A stretch of 63,474 nt of DNA, filler included, from Globobulimina sp. (GCA_003354225.1; 35 parts of 35 records of this genome joined end to end with filler, not necessarily neighbours in it); one strand, 5' to 3'; positions 50,179-63,119 are shown, counted from the whole stretch's first letter. Program-made: numbers and translations. The notes: generated by a model from the sequence alone, not told the origin.

Positions 50179-50480
50179 ACCAATTAACATTAATCACTTT
50201 TTGTGTTTTTGTGATAATATTAATATTCATTCTCCGTTGTATTTTCAAATAAAAACAAATATGGAGATACATTACGAGAAACGAATAAGAGCAAAAAAAT
50301 AAAAACTTTTCACTAAAAACACAATAACCTCACTTTTTCATATACCAAATACCTTCACCATGTTAGCTCCGTCGTCTATCATCTGGTTATACCAATGTTG
50401 AGTCACACTTCCATATTCCATAAACTCTCTTACAACAGTTCCAAATCTGTTCCTTATCTTACATTCTTATATGTATCCAG

Positions 50481-50763
50481 CGATTATTTGCCTCGAGTCA
50501 ACGTCTTTTCGCAGCACAAGCCAAAGTAGCACAAAAAGTAGATCCAGGCATTAAAATCGAAGAAACAAAACTATTTATCAATGGCCGCTATGTCGATAGT
50601 GTAGAGGGTGCAACCATGGAAGCATTAGACCCGCGCGATGCCTCTGTAATATGCAATGTGAGTGCCGCACAAGCCTCGGATGTGGGTATCGCAGTAAAAG
50701 CGGCTAGAGATGCCTTTGACTCTGGTGTATGGTCTGGCAGATCCGGCTTTTATCGCAGTAAAA
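50481..50763 (+). CDS. Aldehyde dehydrogenase N-terminus; first exon uncertain; 3' partial
   Basis: TKLFINGRYVDSVEGATMEALDPR...DVGIAVKAARDAFDSGVW. Confidence 0.85.
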
Positions 50764-51160
50764 NNNNNNNNNNNNNNNNNNNNNNNNNNNNNNNNNNNNN
50801 NNNNNNNTTAATTAATTAANNNNNNNNNNNNNNNNNNNNNNNNNNNNNNNNNNNNNNNNNNNNAAATATTGGATAAAGGGAAGCCAAGCTGTGTCTATGA
50901 CTAATTGTAAAAATAATAAATTGACAGAAAGTCAAAGAATATGGCCACCGAAATAAGTGTGTTGATTGCGCAGATTGGTAATAATTAGATGTTGTTGTTT
51001 TAATTACTTTGATCTAAATGCATGTACATGTACCATTATGTACGTGGCATAATTTAAATTATTTGGGTTTGTGTATCTTTTCTCCCCAGTTATATTAGGA
51101 TCACATGCACAATCACAGACAGCCCCAATATTCAGAATTTGCAGTATGGTAAGTAATTAA

Positions 51161-51307
51161 AAGAGCATCCGGTTTTCAACGTCAGATTATTATTGTTTCT
51201 GAGAAACGAAGGCAAACCTATATAATTTTTACCTTTGTCAGTCACCAGAAACGGTTTGCATCTACCTTACCCCAATAAAAATCTGACGCTGAAAACCGGA
51301 TGCTCTT
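51161..51307. mobile_element. MITE-like element with 35-bp terminal inverted repeats (PIF/Harbinger-like GAGCA ends)
   Basis: AAGAGCATCCGGTTTTCAACGTCAGATTATTATTG (51161-51195) matches the reverse complement of 51273-51307 at 33/35. Confidence 0.7.
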
Positions 51308-51407
51308 ATATTGGAAGAGTGTTATTTATGATTAAAACAATATATTAATGCTAATCCGAACAAAATAAATCCGACTTGATACTTCTCCCTTGTTGTTAAG
51401 TAACATA

Positions 51408-51471
51408 AGGGGTTGTTCTTATATTGAGCAATATAAGCACAACCCCTAACGTCATTGTAATTTAGACGTTA
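51408..51471. repeat. Near-perfect palindrome plus adjacent hairpin
   Basis: AGGGGTTGTTCTTATATTG-AG-CAATATAAGCACAACCCCT, then TAACGTC-N11-GACGTTA. Confidence 0.65.
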
Positions 51472-51690
51472 CCCGGTTACCGATCAAAAAAGTACCTCTT
51501 TACATCGCCTAGAACTAGTAAATAGAAACCAAAAACACTTTTACCCCCCTCTAGAGATAGAAACGAAAAACACAACTTGTACGTGATAAAAACACAAATT
51601 AGCTGAATCACAAAATGAAATAAAAAATGTGATGATTGGGATTTCAAAATTAAACGTTTTTGTGAAGTAATTACTGGGCTTAAAATCACG

Positions 51691-52410
51691 ATGATATTGT
51701 ACAAAGCATTGTTATTGATATGGTTTATATTTATGGTTGTTAGATGTCTTTCAGAGACCATTGCAACGAAGAGTGCAAAGAAAAAAGATCCAAATACACT
51801 AAATGTTCAAATCAAACCATTTGTATCAGATTATTACACCAAACAATGTTCAATACAATCCAATACATTGCATAACCTGTGTTTAAATGAGATAACCGCA
51901 TTAGATAAGTCCTTACAAATCATCACCTCACTAATTACATCTTTACCAGCTGATGAATCAATAAATGAGCGATTAAAACAATATGAAAATAGAGTATGCG
52001 CATCAAGCGACGAATGGATATCTCTCATCAAGTGTTATTGTACAAAATGTGAATCGGAATTATTAAATAAAAATATTCCGAATCAATCCAAATGGTATAA
52101 GATTTGGAAGCAAATATCGTTTTGCACTCAAAATGAAGATAATATGAATTTATGTCAATCCATTAAACATTTTGATGTAGACAAACACTTTAAATCTGCG
52201 TGGAATGTATTCAATGCAGGAAGTCAAAGCAAGCCAAAGCCAAAGAAAAAGACAAAGACAAAGCCAATGTATGATAAGGAGATTGAGGGTAAATCATATT
52301 CATTACAGAGTGTATCGTCAATGTTTTCAACGCATCCATTAATATACATTTGGACGATATTATTTGCATCTTGCATAACTATCTTTTCTTTTTTTATGTT
52401 TTATCGATAA
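51691..52410 (+). CDS. Signal peptide plus Cys-rich domain and C-terminal TM anchor; hypothetical
   Basis: Hydrophobic N- and C-termini. Confidence 0.6.
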   Translation: MILYKALLLIWFIFMVVRCLSETIATKSAKKKDPNTLNVQIKPFVSDYYTKQCSIQSNTLHNLCLNEITALDKSLQIITSLITSLPADESINERLKQYENRVCASSDEWISLIKCYCTKCESELLNKNIPNQSKWYKIWKQISFCTQNEDNMNLCQSIKHFDVDKHFKSAWNVFNAGSQSKPKPKKKTKTKPMYDKEIEGKSYSLQSVSSMFSTHPLIYIWTILFASCITIFSFFMFYR

Positions 52411-52991
52411 AACTAATCAGTTCTTTTATTTATTTCTGCATTATTTATTCTATACTGCAGTCAGAGTCAGATACATTCTTCAGTATTCTCGGAATTTTCT
52501 TTTTTACTCTTATATCTTTTCTATGTGAAAACAAGCAAACTCTTTCAATTAATACTGATATCGATAATGAATTGTTGAANNNNNNNNNNNNNNNNNNNNN
52601 NNNNNNNNNNNNNNNNNNNNNNNTTAATTAATTAANNNNNNNNNNNNNNNNNNNNNNNNNNNNNNNNNNNNNNNNNNNNAAAAGATGAAGGGAAAGACTG
52701 TAAAGTTTTTAACCCACTTAAGTACCAACATTTTTTCCCATGAAACTAATCAAAAGTCCCGAAACCATAAATATTTTGAATATTCACTGTGATGATAAAA
52801 TTCACTGTATGGTCATTTTTTTTGATAAAACATTGTATCAGAAGTCAATAGAAATCGTGGCAAATATATTCTAAAAGCGTTTTTTTTACATTTAAATGAT
52901 TAGAAGTTATACATGGCAAATATAAACATGTTATGCAATTCTTTTACAATAAACAATGCATTTTGTTTTAAATAACCAAGCAACAAATCAC

Positions 52992-54395
52992 TTATTTTCT
53001 GGCATATCTGCGCCGCGCTTTGCCAACATTCGTATCTTCGGGTAATACAAAACCAATACCTTGCTCATCTAACAAACTTTGCAAATTAATTTTACTTATT
53101 TTAATATCATTTTCTTTACATAAATTAGCTATTTCTTCAAACTTAATTGTCGTAAACGTTGATATCCGCAGCAATAAACCATTATGTTTCGAAATCAGAT
53201 TAATTACATCCTCTTCAATCGCAATGCGTGTTTTCTTCTTCTTTTTATTTTGATTATTCTCCTTTACATCGTTATTTTCTTTACGGCCATTAATATGTTT
53301 ATCCAATATTCTGTTCATCGGAGAATTTGGGTTTAATGCATCCCAAACCATTTCTAATCTTTGTTTCATCATCAACTTGGAACCCCCTTTCAATCCATAT
53401 TTTTTCATTTCTTTTTTCAACTCATTCACCGACATTCCATCCAATCCATCCAAATACTCCCTTCTCCCGCCAATATCTGGTGGCAATTCGACAGGTTTCT
53501 TCAATACACTTCTCTGCGCCTCTGGTGTTTCAAAATATAAATTCAATGCTTTTAAAATCCTCTCCTTAGCCTCGCCAATCATCGGTGTCATCGGTACTGT
53601 CTGCAAAGGTGTCTCTGGCTGTCATGTAACCACACAAAAGTTTAAAAACTTTCACTCAAAAAAAAACATACCAACATCATGCTACTTTCATGATCACTAG
53701 TTTTTGCCAACACATTCCTGTTATCCGTACGTGATAAAATTGGCGTAATCATCCCACCAAAATCACAAACTATTCTATTACTATTTGGTGCTGGACTCAT
53801 ACTCAAATCCAAATTCAATGTGTCGTTATTATTCACCACTGACGGCTCAGAGTCAGATATCACAATAACATCCATATTATTTTCATTCGAAACATTCATC
53901 AATGAGCCATTATTGCTCTGCATCGACGTATCATTATATATAAGTTCACCCTTTTCCTGCTGCTGGGAGTTAAAAAAACTTTCATTCGATGATAAATGTA
54001 AAGCCTTTGGATAGGTACAATTTCGATCCGTATCATTGTTGCTTTCCTGCGAGGATTCAAAGTTTAAAATCAACTCATTATCTTCCTCCAAAATGGAATC
54101 ATCGAACTGTGACAGTGAATGTTCATAGCTAAGCATTTCAGAGTTAGCTTCATTGAAAAATTGAGGGATTAAATTTTCAACAATGCCAGTTCTCCCATTC
54201 TGCTCTTGCGACAGTTCATCATTATCAGCTAATAAGCCATCTAATAACTGTTGGGTATTATTTTCTGATTGGGACCGCATGGACATTACTGAATTTTGCC
54301 TCTGCTCTCTATTTGGTAATACATTGGATAATTCAAACTGGGATGGCGATATTTTATGGGTTTCCCGCGCTATTTGCCATAGATTCTTTTGTTTG
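52992..54395 (-). CDS. SLX4: SLX4-like structure-specific endonuclease scaffold; intron 53619-53671; 5' partial
   Basis: SAP-like MSVNELKKEMKKYGLKGGSK.MM..L..VW and terminal SLX1-binding-like LLLRISTFTTI.FEEI...LQSLLDEQGIGF. Confidence 0.7.
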
Positions 54396-54495
54396 NNNNN
54401 NNNNNNNNNNNNNNNNNNNNNNNNNNNNNNNNNNNNNNNTTAATTAATTAANNNNNNNNNNNNNNNNNNNNNNNNNNNNNNNNNNNNNNNNNNNN

Positions 54496-55469
54496 AGTAA
54501 TATACCAACATATCGCGCACCAGATTTACATTGGATTTGTAGATATAATGGAAATTTAGGAAACGATCTAAAAAAAAACAATATGCTAATATTATGATGA
54601 ATGCAATATTTAATACATTACAATTAATAACAGGCAAATCAGGGTATTATGATGATGGTAGCGGTGGGAATAGAGCAGGTGTTACAAACTTTAAAATGTG
54701 TGCAATATTTAGTGACATGGCCGTAAGTTTAGGTTCTGATTGCAACACATTTAATCCACTATTAATTCATGATAATGATATAGAATATGAATATTTTGCA
54801 ATTGCTACGTTTGATGTGGTTGCTGATGCATTTATAAATAAATATAAACAATCTCTGATACGAACGGCAGAATCGTTTGATTTTAAAATGTTATTCAGTG
54901 TCGAAATGAATAATGGGTTAACTGAGCAATTGGAACATAGAAGGCGGAATTTACTGACTGGAGGTAATGGTTTTGAGGCAGTGTTTATTGAAATAATTGA
55001 TCCGTATAACATTACAAATATTAATACAGAATCATCCGATACAGTTATTGTTGGTGGTGATAATAGTGCGTCAATGAATATTTTATGGATATTAGTTATT
55101 GTGATCATTGTGTTGGGTGTGATTATAATTATCGGTATAATTTTATTTAAGAAATGTAGAAATAAGGCAAATGGAAGGCATAATAATGTAAAAAAGATCA
55201 TGATGACGCAAATTCAGTTGAATACAATGGCCATGGACAATAAGAGTGTGGATAGTGATAATGTAACGAGAGTTGAAACGAATGAAAATGCAGAATTAAA
55301 GAATAATCGATTGGAAAGCCCACAAATGATAAAAGCAATAAATGAGAGTTGGGATGAGGATGAGATGGATGAAATTATCGATGAGTCGTTTCATATTGCT
55401 AATGATGATGATGATGGTATTAATGTGATGGAAATCGAAACAGGAATATCTATGAATATTCATTATTAA
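54496..55469 (+). CDS. Type I membrane protein C-terminus, 5' partial
   Basis: RRRNLL processing-like motif, a single TM (ILWILVIVIIVLGVIIIIGIILF) and a cytosolic tail. Confidence 0.6.
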
Positions 55470-56311
55470 TGAATTAACACATAATAAACTATTGAAATTA
55501 AAATTGAATGACTTGTGTATATTTTAATCTGAACGAATATTCCATTCCATTACTTGTATATTTGTTATAACTTGTACTTGATTTTCAAGTTATGTTTTCA
55601 TACATTTTAGTGTACTTGTTATTGCAATGGGACCTAGGACCTAGGGTTCAATTTTAATTACGTAATCTACCAACATTCCCTAAGTGTAATTGAAAAGTAA
55701 AAGCAATTCGGACCAAACATATTGTAAACATTCGATGTCAATAAACCTACCAACAACAATGAATCAAACAAAAAAGGAAATCACACTCATTGAGTCAAAC
55801 AACAACAGTCAACTCAATTTAGACGTACACGGATGTATAATTCACCAACCCTCAAATGCAAATCAGCCAAATCCGAAAACGGAATCTGGTACAACACATA
55901 TACTAAGAACATGAGAAATGATTTTAATTTCACGCTGATAAAATTAATTCAGAGTTACATTACAAAACAATTATATAATTCAAATCATTTCTCATCTCAT
56001 CTCTTTCTCAAACACCAATTGCAACAGATCGAAAAATGTATCTTTATAACCGATATTATAGTTATACGGATTTATTTGGTTCTGACTCTGATGGTAATCT
56101 CGTGATTGGTGCCATTAAATCACCGGCAAACATTCAGAAAAAAAAGAAATTAATTAAAGCCGATCTCGATATAGATTCTCCATTGAAAGAAGTCAAAGAA
56201 TCCGACGATAANNNNNNNNNNNNNNNNNNNNNNNNNNNNNNNNNNNNNNNNNNNNTTAATTAATTAANNNNNNNNNNNNNNNNNNNNNNNNNNNNNNNNN
56301 NNNNNNNNNNN

Positions 56312-57619
56312 AGCGTGTCCCGATTCCAAGTCAAACACATAAAATTGCCCAGAGTTTTGCATTGCCGCACCATACAATTTGCCATCATGTTTGTATGCCG
56401 CCACAGCGCAAAGATCGCTGTCAGGCCCATCAAACAGCGGAGAATAAGCAGCTTGGCATCACGCGCATCCGCTCCTTGTACCGGTCTTATCAAATACCAT
56501 GAATGAGTCAGTATAAATTCCCTTTTCTAAACATCCTCACCACACGCATCATAACAATATGCATCTTCCAAAGCTAACGCTGAATAATTGCCATTCATAC
56601 ATTCTTCAATGTACTTAGGGAAAGTTAATAAATTTCCAGTTCCAAACACTAAAATATCATCGATGATTGCCGCGATATAAATATGGATCAGTTGAATCTA
56701 TGCTACTTTCATTGTATCCAAACTTGTTTGCATCGATTGTATGGAATATATTTGTGATGTGACCATTATTTAAGTCAAGTTTGAACATCTGACCCCGTTG
56801 AATATCACTCAATGATTTCGTGCCTCTTCCATTGGATAAATGTGAGACACTGCCTAAGCCTCCATAGGCATAGTTTGCATCCACCATAAAACCGTGAGCA
56901 TGACAGTTATCGCTAGCATGACAGTTAAAATTGTGGCGATAATAAGGAGCCATCCTCCACATTCAATGCCACCGCAAAACATGGATCGGATCGATTGTAA
57001 TTTGTGGAGCGGCCGCGGTCGTTTGGTGCACCGAATATGATTCCTTTCTGTCCGGAATCGTTGATGAATAATGTCGCACTTTGACGGACGGCCACTTTTA
57101 TTTTAGACCCAGCATAGCCTAAAATATGAGCAATATTTACAGACCATATTTCTTGACACGAATCTAAATCGATACACGAAGCATAGCCGGATGAATCTGT
57201 AATAAATGCTTTATTCTCATCATCAATTGTGATATAGCCTGAATATGGACTTCTCATTGGATCAAATTGACAATATTATATTCATCGATTACAACTTTTT
57301 GTGGAGGTGTTGCTCTTTGTTGATTTTGAGAATTGCCGCCATAACAATGCCATAATCCATATACGCCTGACACTGTATTCGTGCTCAATTCGTCATCAGT
57401 TTTTAATGCAATGTATAATATGATGACAACAGTCACAACAGTCACAACACAGATAATCAGCACACAGCACCCACCAACAATCAATATATTTCTTTTATGA
57501 GTTGAGATTGCTTTGTTTGGCAAAGCTGAATGATTTGGTATGAGAGCATTTGTGTCTTTCTCAACATCAATATTTGTGGTCATTTCCATTTTGCTGATAA
57601 TTGGATTTTCGGTATACAA
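56312..57619 (-). pseudogene. Membrane-anchored PQQ-type beta-propeller (polyvinyl-alcohol-dehydrogenase-like), broken by several frameshifts/deletions
   Basis: WHCYGGNSQNQ, VALNVEDG, RGQMFKLDLNNG, VFGTGN and GPDSD..QNSGQFYVFDLESG occur in successive different frames. Confidence 0.6.
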
Positions 57620-58301
57620 AGGTGGGGGGTTATCTTTTCGAATATATCGTTTAAATAAATCTTTCTTGTTCGAGTTGACAGGATTAATCCAACCACGTAC
57701 GCAAAAAACGGTAATTACCGGTATCTTGATGATTTATTTAAGCCTTTTGGAAAAACCTCGTCGGTGTTTGAACATTTTGATGTTCTATGGAGATTTACAT
57801 GCAGTGCAAGGATAATGTATACAATTTCAAAAGAAAAGTGTTTCTAATTATAAACACAAACAACACAACAAGCATATGATACAGATTACATTCAATACAC
57901 AATCAAAAGAATTTCATTTTACATAATTAGGGAAACGCGAGCCATTTAAACCAGCGTTGGAAAGATCATTTGTATGTTTCTCCTGTTAATAAAATTGCAG
58001 AATTTTCTTCTTTATTAGTATGTTGAGNNNNNNNNNNNNNNNNNNNNNNNNNNNNNNNNNNNNNNNNNNNNTTAATTAATTAANNNNNNNNNNNNNNNNN
58101 NNNNNNNNNNNNNNNNNNNNNNNNNNNAAATAATTGATAGTTTGAAATCTTGCCACATTCTTCAAGCACAAAATTCGCGTGCGTTGGTGGAGGCAATATA
58201 CCAAATGTTAAGTTAATTAAACTACAAGCTACGAACCAAAAAGACAGTGCCATTATTCAAACCTCACTGTTGAAAATCTTAACTAATAATTGCACGTAAG
58301 A

Positions 58302-59066
58302 ATGTCAACTAATTCGGATTGGAAGCTGTATTATTGGCCATTAACAAATCGAGGTAATTTTATCCGTTTAATATTGGAAGAAGCCGGTGTAGATTATGAA
58401 TGGATAAATGATCCAAAAGTATTGCAATCATTAACATTATCACCAAGAAATGGGCAAGGCAGAAAATGGCCAATTAAAAACAAATTATCTTTAAATGTAC
58501 CAAATCCTGAATTTATGCCAATGGCGCCACCATTTTTAATCAACAAAAGTAATAATTTTTGTATCTCACAAACAGCAAATATTGTATCATATGTATCAAA
58601 TAAATTTAATGTTCGACCAGTATCAGATGAGGATAATGCGTCGGCAAATATGATTGTTGCAAATTGCAATGAGATGTTAGGCAATATATCAACACCGATA
58701 TTTGCCAAAGTTAGTGATGATGTGTTGCTTGAATCAATTACTAAAAGATTAGATATATGGTTATATATTTTGGATAAACCATTACAAACAAATAATAAAT
58801 TATATTACTTTGATAATAAAGTGAGCCAAGCCGATTTTGCGGTGTATAATATAATTGATGGAACGAGACAAATTTATGGAGAAAGGGCATTTGATGTATT
58901 AGTCCGCGATAAATATCCATGTTTAGATAAGCATTATAAAAATATGTTAAATAATAAATCAGTTAAAAAAATTCGAAAAGAAAATAGACCATTTTGGCCA
59001 AAGTTCTTTAAAAAAACAATGGAAAATGCTGTTAATAAAGCTTGCAAATTAAAATCTAAAATTTAA
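58302..59066 (+). CDS. Glutathione S-transferase
   Basis: KLYYWP..RGNFIRLILEEAGV.Y, APPFL, ISQTANI and VSQADF. Confidence 0.9.
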   Translation: MSTNSDWKLYYWPLTNRGNFIRLILEEAGVDYEWINDPKVLQSLTLSPRNGQGRKWPIKNKLSLNVPNPEFMPMAPPFLINKSNNFCISQTANIVSYVSNKFNVRPVSDEDNASANMIVANCNEMLGNISTPIFAKVSDDVLLESITKRLDIWLYILDKPLQTNNKLYYFDNKVSQADFAVYNIIDGTRQIYGERAFDVLVRDKYPCLDKHYKNMLNNKSVKKIRKENRPFWPKFFKKTMENAVNKACKLKSKI

Positions 59067-59490
59067 TTTCTTGTTATAATAATATTTATACTTTGACACC
59101 AAATATTGAAAGGTTTTCACTAATCACAATAATTGCACCATGTCCGAATTTAAAGATATTGCAATATATCAAAGTATACTTCATCCAAACATATACAGCT
59201 GAACATCCAGCTTATTTCAATCATTACTATGCAAGCTACAGCAAGATCTAGACAACACAGCATAATGTTATTTATATAATTGCGGAATATGTTATCATAT
59301 CATATGCAAAGATCGAAGCAATTTGTTCAGTATATATTGACTCATAATCGCATCATTCGCATGGCTCATAATCATATAAACGACTCATAAGTTAAGAATT
59401 TAAAACCTAAATAAATAATTACATCTTGAAATCACTACTTATCCGACATTGATCCTAAATATCTGTCGTTGAAACTATAAAAGTAGACTA

Positions 59491-59843
59491 ATGTTATCAA
59501 GATTTTCTAAATTACCCGGCGTATTCAGTACTGCCTTCCATAATAATCCCAATTATGATCAAGCTCTAATCGACAAATACGTTGCTGAAATAAAACAATT
59601 AGGAAGAACACCAAACAACAATGAAGATACATTGCAAGCAATCACAAAGATATTATCCTTAATGAAAAAATACAGTAATTCTCTTCATGTACAACGGGTT
59701 GCTTGTCATGCTTTATCCAACTTAGCAATGCAAGTTATTGTGGCACGAATGATTGTCAGTAAGGGCGGATTTAACTTAATAAAGAAATGTCTATCGCGAT
59801 TTGAAGATGATCATAAACTCTCTTGGTTGGGCTCCACTGCTGT
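59491..59843 (+). CDS. ARM-repeat protein, 3' partial
   Basis: ILSLMKKY...VQRVACHALSNLA...IVSKGG. Confidence 0.7.
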
Positions 59844-60106
59844 NNNNNNNNNNNNNNNNNNNNNNNNNNNNNNNNNNNNNNNNNNNNTTAATTAATTAAN
59901 NNNNNNNNNNNNNNNNNNNNNNNNNNNNNNNNNNNNNNNNNNNGCATAAAATGTGCTCTGTATCAAACGCAGAAGGCGGGAAGGTGACGAAAGGATGCTT
60001 TGGACTTAGTGACTTCAAAAAAACTAGTAAGGTTTGGTTTTAAAATGCAAGTCTTCATATGAAATATTATTTTATAATTAAAAAGGGTCAAACTGTCATC
60101 TAAAAT

Positions 60107-61069
60107 CTAAATATCGTGGTATTTGATGTCTATTTCTTTGACTTTGGTCCAACAAAAGCAAGGAAAACAAGGTTTGTTGAATCCATAAATTTCATCTAAT
60201 TTTTCAATCGTATTTTTATTCTCAACCACTGAATATTGATCCATTCCAAACTTTAATTTCATTTCTTTGCATCCTCCGTACGTAAGATTTAAATATTTAA
60301 TATTTGGATCAGCAATACTTCTCTTTAAATTTCTTGTTTCTTCACAAAAGAGCAACATTTTTTTTTTCGCAGCTTCAACGCTGTACCAATTGTATCCAAT
60401 GTACGCATTATTTATAATCACATTATACCCAAAGGCCACCAGTTTATTCTTCAAATAGTATTCTTCAATACTACCAATAGCAAAAAATATCCACACACAT
60501 CGTACAAATTTCTCAAATTTGGAAGTTTTAACCAACCGTTGATGTTCAATTATTACTCTAAAATGCTCCATTTTTAAATAATTGCATGATATCGTTTTAA
60601 TTTTTAAATTTTCTGTTTTACGTAATTCGTTGATTGTGGCTGGAATTCTTTTTAATATTTGTTTCCTTCTCCTACGGCTGAGAGTTTTCGCGAAGTCAGT
60701 CAATGAATGGTAAGACGACATTTCTTTAGCAAATGTGGGTTGTTTGGCAGTTGCGTGAACTGCAGCATAGTAGTTTTGCCGTACTAATAACCAACGAAAA
60801 GGATATATGACGAACCGCATACCATTGAGGTATTTTGTTGAACTGCATAATAATGCAACGTGAGTGCAAAATGTAATAAATGCGTAATACCATTTTATTT
60901 TTACATCATTTGCAAAGTAAACCTGAATGAGTGATGGTAATAAAAGTGTTATGAGCAGCACCAATACGTTATGCAGAACAACACAAAATCCTTTAAATTT
61001 CATCATCATTTTATTAATACGGAGCATATTGTATCGGGTTTTGATAAATATAGAGGATAAAATTGGCAA
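60107..61069 (-). CDS. Two-TM protein with FemAB/GNAT-like domain
   Basis: YHSLTDFAKTLSRRRRKQI, KLVAF and YLNLTYGG..MKLKFG. Confidence 0.45.
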   Translation of the reverse strand: MPILSSIFIKTRYNMLRINKMMMKFKGFCVVLHNVLVLLITLLLPSLIQVYFANDVKIKWYYAFITFCTHVALLCSSTKYLNGMRFVIYPFRWLLVRQNYYAAVHATAKQPTFAKEMSSYHSLTDFAKTLSRRRRKQILKRIPATINELRKTENLKIKTISCNYLKMEHFRVIIEHQRLVKTSKFEKFVRCVWIFFAIGSIEEYYLKNKLVAFGYNVIINNAYIGYNWYSVEAAKKKMLLFCEETRNLKRSIADPNIKYLNLTYGGCKEMKLKFGMDQYSVVENKNTIEKLDEIYGFNKPCFPCFCWTKVKEIDIKYHDI

Positions 61070-61490
61070 TTATTCATAATTGATCCTCATAATTGTTTGT
61101 ATCGTTGGCAATATCTAATTTTCCACAGCTGCTTTGTGCTTTCACCATGTTAAGTTTACATTTGGTTTGCCTTCGAATGTACATTTGGTTAAGTTTACAT
61201 TTGGTGTAGGATTAAGCGAATGTTTTATTATTTATTTGTGTGTATTGGATGTCTTGATTGCATGGAGAGCCTATTATAATCCATTTTGAATGCATTCATT
61301 ACTTTCATTGCCAATTTGTTATCATAAAATTTTGAATAAAATGTAGCTTTCTCCTCATTTTTTTTTGTTGAATGACTTTGAAGAATGTGATGTCTTTTCA
61401 CTAAATATAGTGGCATTGCCATTATTTCCCCATTTTGAATACTTATAGTTAGTTAGTTAGTTTTTTTAAATTATCTTACTTAAATTAAGC

Positions 61491-61659
61491 ATGACTGACG
61501 TTAACGCCAAGCATGATCATAAGCACGGTGCATGCTCACATGACCACGACCATAGTCATGGTGATGATGCGAAAGAAGAAGAAAAGAAAGAAGAGGAAAA
61601 GAAAGAGCCAGAAATTGATGCGAAACAATTGATTTCAGAGAAAGAAAAAGCAATAAAAG
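61491..61659 (+). CDS. His-rich N-terminus of a protein, 3' partial
   Basis: HDHKHGACSHDHDHSH followed by a Glu/Lys-rich stretch. Confidence 0.5.
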
Positions 61660-62039
61660 NNNNNNNNNNNNNNNNNNNNNNNNNNNNNNNNNNNNNNNNN
61701 NNNTTAATTAATTAANNNNNNNNNNNNNNNNNNNNNNNNNNNNNNNNNNNNNNNNNNNNAAATCGCGTAAAAACCAAAGAAATGGGACATGTACAGAAAA
61801 TAACACAGTTACAAGAATTACATATCCGAAATAGAGCAATTGCTCAACATATTTTAAATGATTTTTAGTGTAAAACATATCTATTTTTTTGGAATATTAT
61901 ATTTATATTTCCTTTTGTGTTTAATTTATATTACACATCTATATTATTGCAAATGTTATTGATTGGTATTAAAAATAAATCCTACAATTTTAATAATGGT
62001 TTTGTCTGTAAGTGTAAGATTAAAACTTAAATCATATGC

Positions 62040-62922
62040 ATGTCAATTTTGCAACTGTGTAAAGGCCAAAAATTTACGCAAGCAATTGAATTGTTGCATG
62101 AATCAAAGTATGATGTAAACCTTTTAAATGAGCAAGATCATGGAGGTAGATGTGGATTGCATTATGCTGTATTATCGGATGAAACATTAGTTTGTGAAGC
62201 ATTGTTAAAAGGAGGAGCATCACCAAATATTCAGGATGGCCAAGGGAATACAGCAATGCATTTATCATTATCTCAATTCAAAGACAAAGCAAATAAATGT
62301 AGCCAAATATTATGTCATTATAATTATAATTGGAAGTTACAGGATGCTTTTGGTCGAACAGCCATTCATTGGATAGCGTGTCATGGATATTGTCAAATGT
62401 TAAAACAAATAATTGAAAAAGAAGAAAAAGAAGAAAAAACTAACAATCATTATACTAGTAATCATAAATTAAAATATTGTGTGTTGACAGCTTTTAATGC
62501 AATAAATAAGTCGGGACAAACTTGTTTGCATTGGGCTGTTGACAAAAAACAATGGTTTAAATTTCACTATTTTTATATTGATTTGATTTGTTTTGTTTTT
62601 TTAAATAATATTACTGTACATCAGGGAATGCGTCTATTTATTGTTAGAGATTGCGGAAAATGGCATATTGGATTTAACAATAAAAGACAAAGATGGATTA
62701 TTTGCATATGATTTATGTCTGAATAAAATCATCAAACAATTGATTTGGGATAAAACAAAAATACAAATACAAGAAAAGGCTAAAAAGGAAAAGGAAAATG
62801 CGGTTGAAAAGTTTGTTGTAAATGGTACAACGTCAATAAATAAAAAAAAGGCAACCATCAAAATTAAAGGAAAAGGTAAAGGTAAAAAGAAAATGAAAAT
62901 GAAAATTAAACTGAAGAAGTAA
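62040..62922 (+). CDS. Ankyrin-repeat protein; intron 62555-62624
   Basis: GRCGLHYAV, GNTAMH, GRTAIHW and GQTCLHWAV; the splice restores W-ECVYLLL...KDKDG. Confidence 0.88.
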
Positions 62923-63119
62923 TTTATTGCTGTTTCCGAACTGTACACTTTTTTTTCCCAAGCGTTTGAGTGCACGAATTTGCTTGGCACTTCACTGACT
63001 TCTTCATATATATTCGACTACTAGTAGGGGTACCTGTAATTGACTTTTAAACAGTGGTTTATTAAAAAGATATAATAGTAGTTGTAATTGATTAAGTTTT
63101 TGTTGAAAAGAGTTACTCC

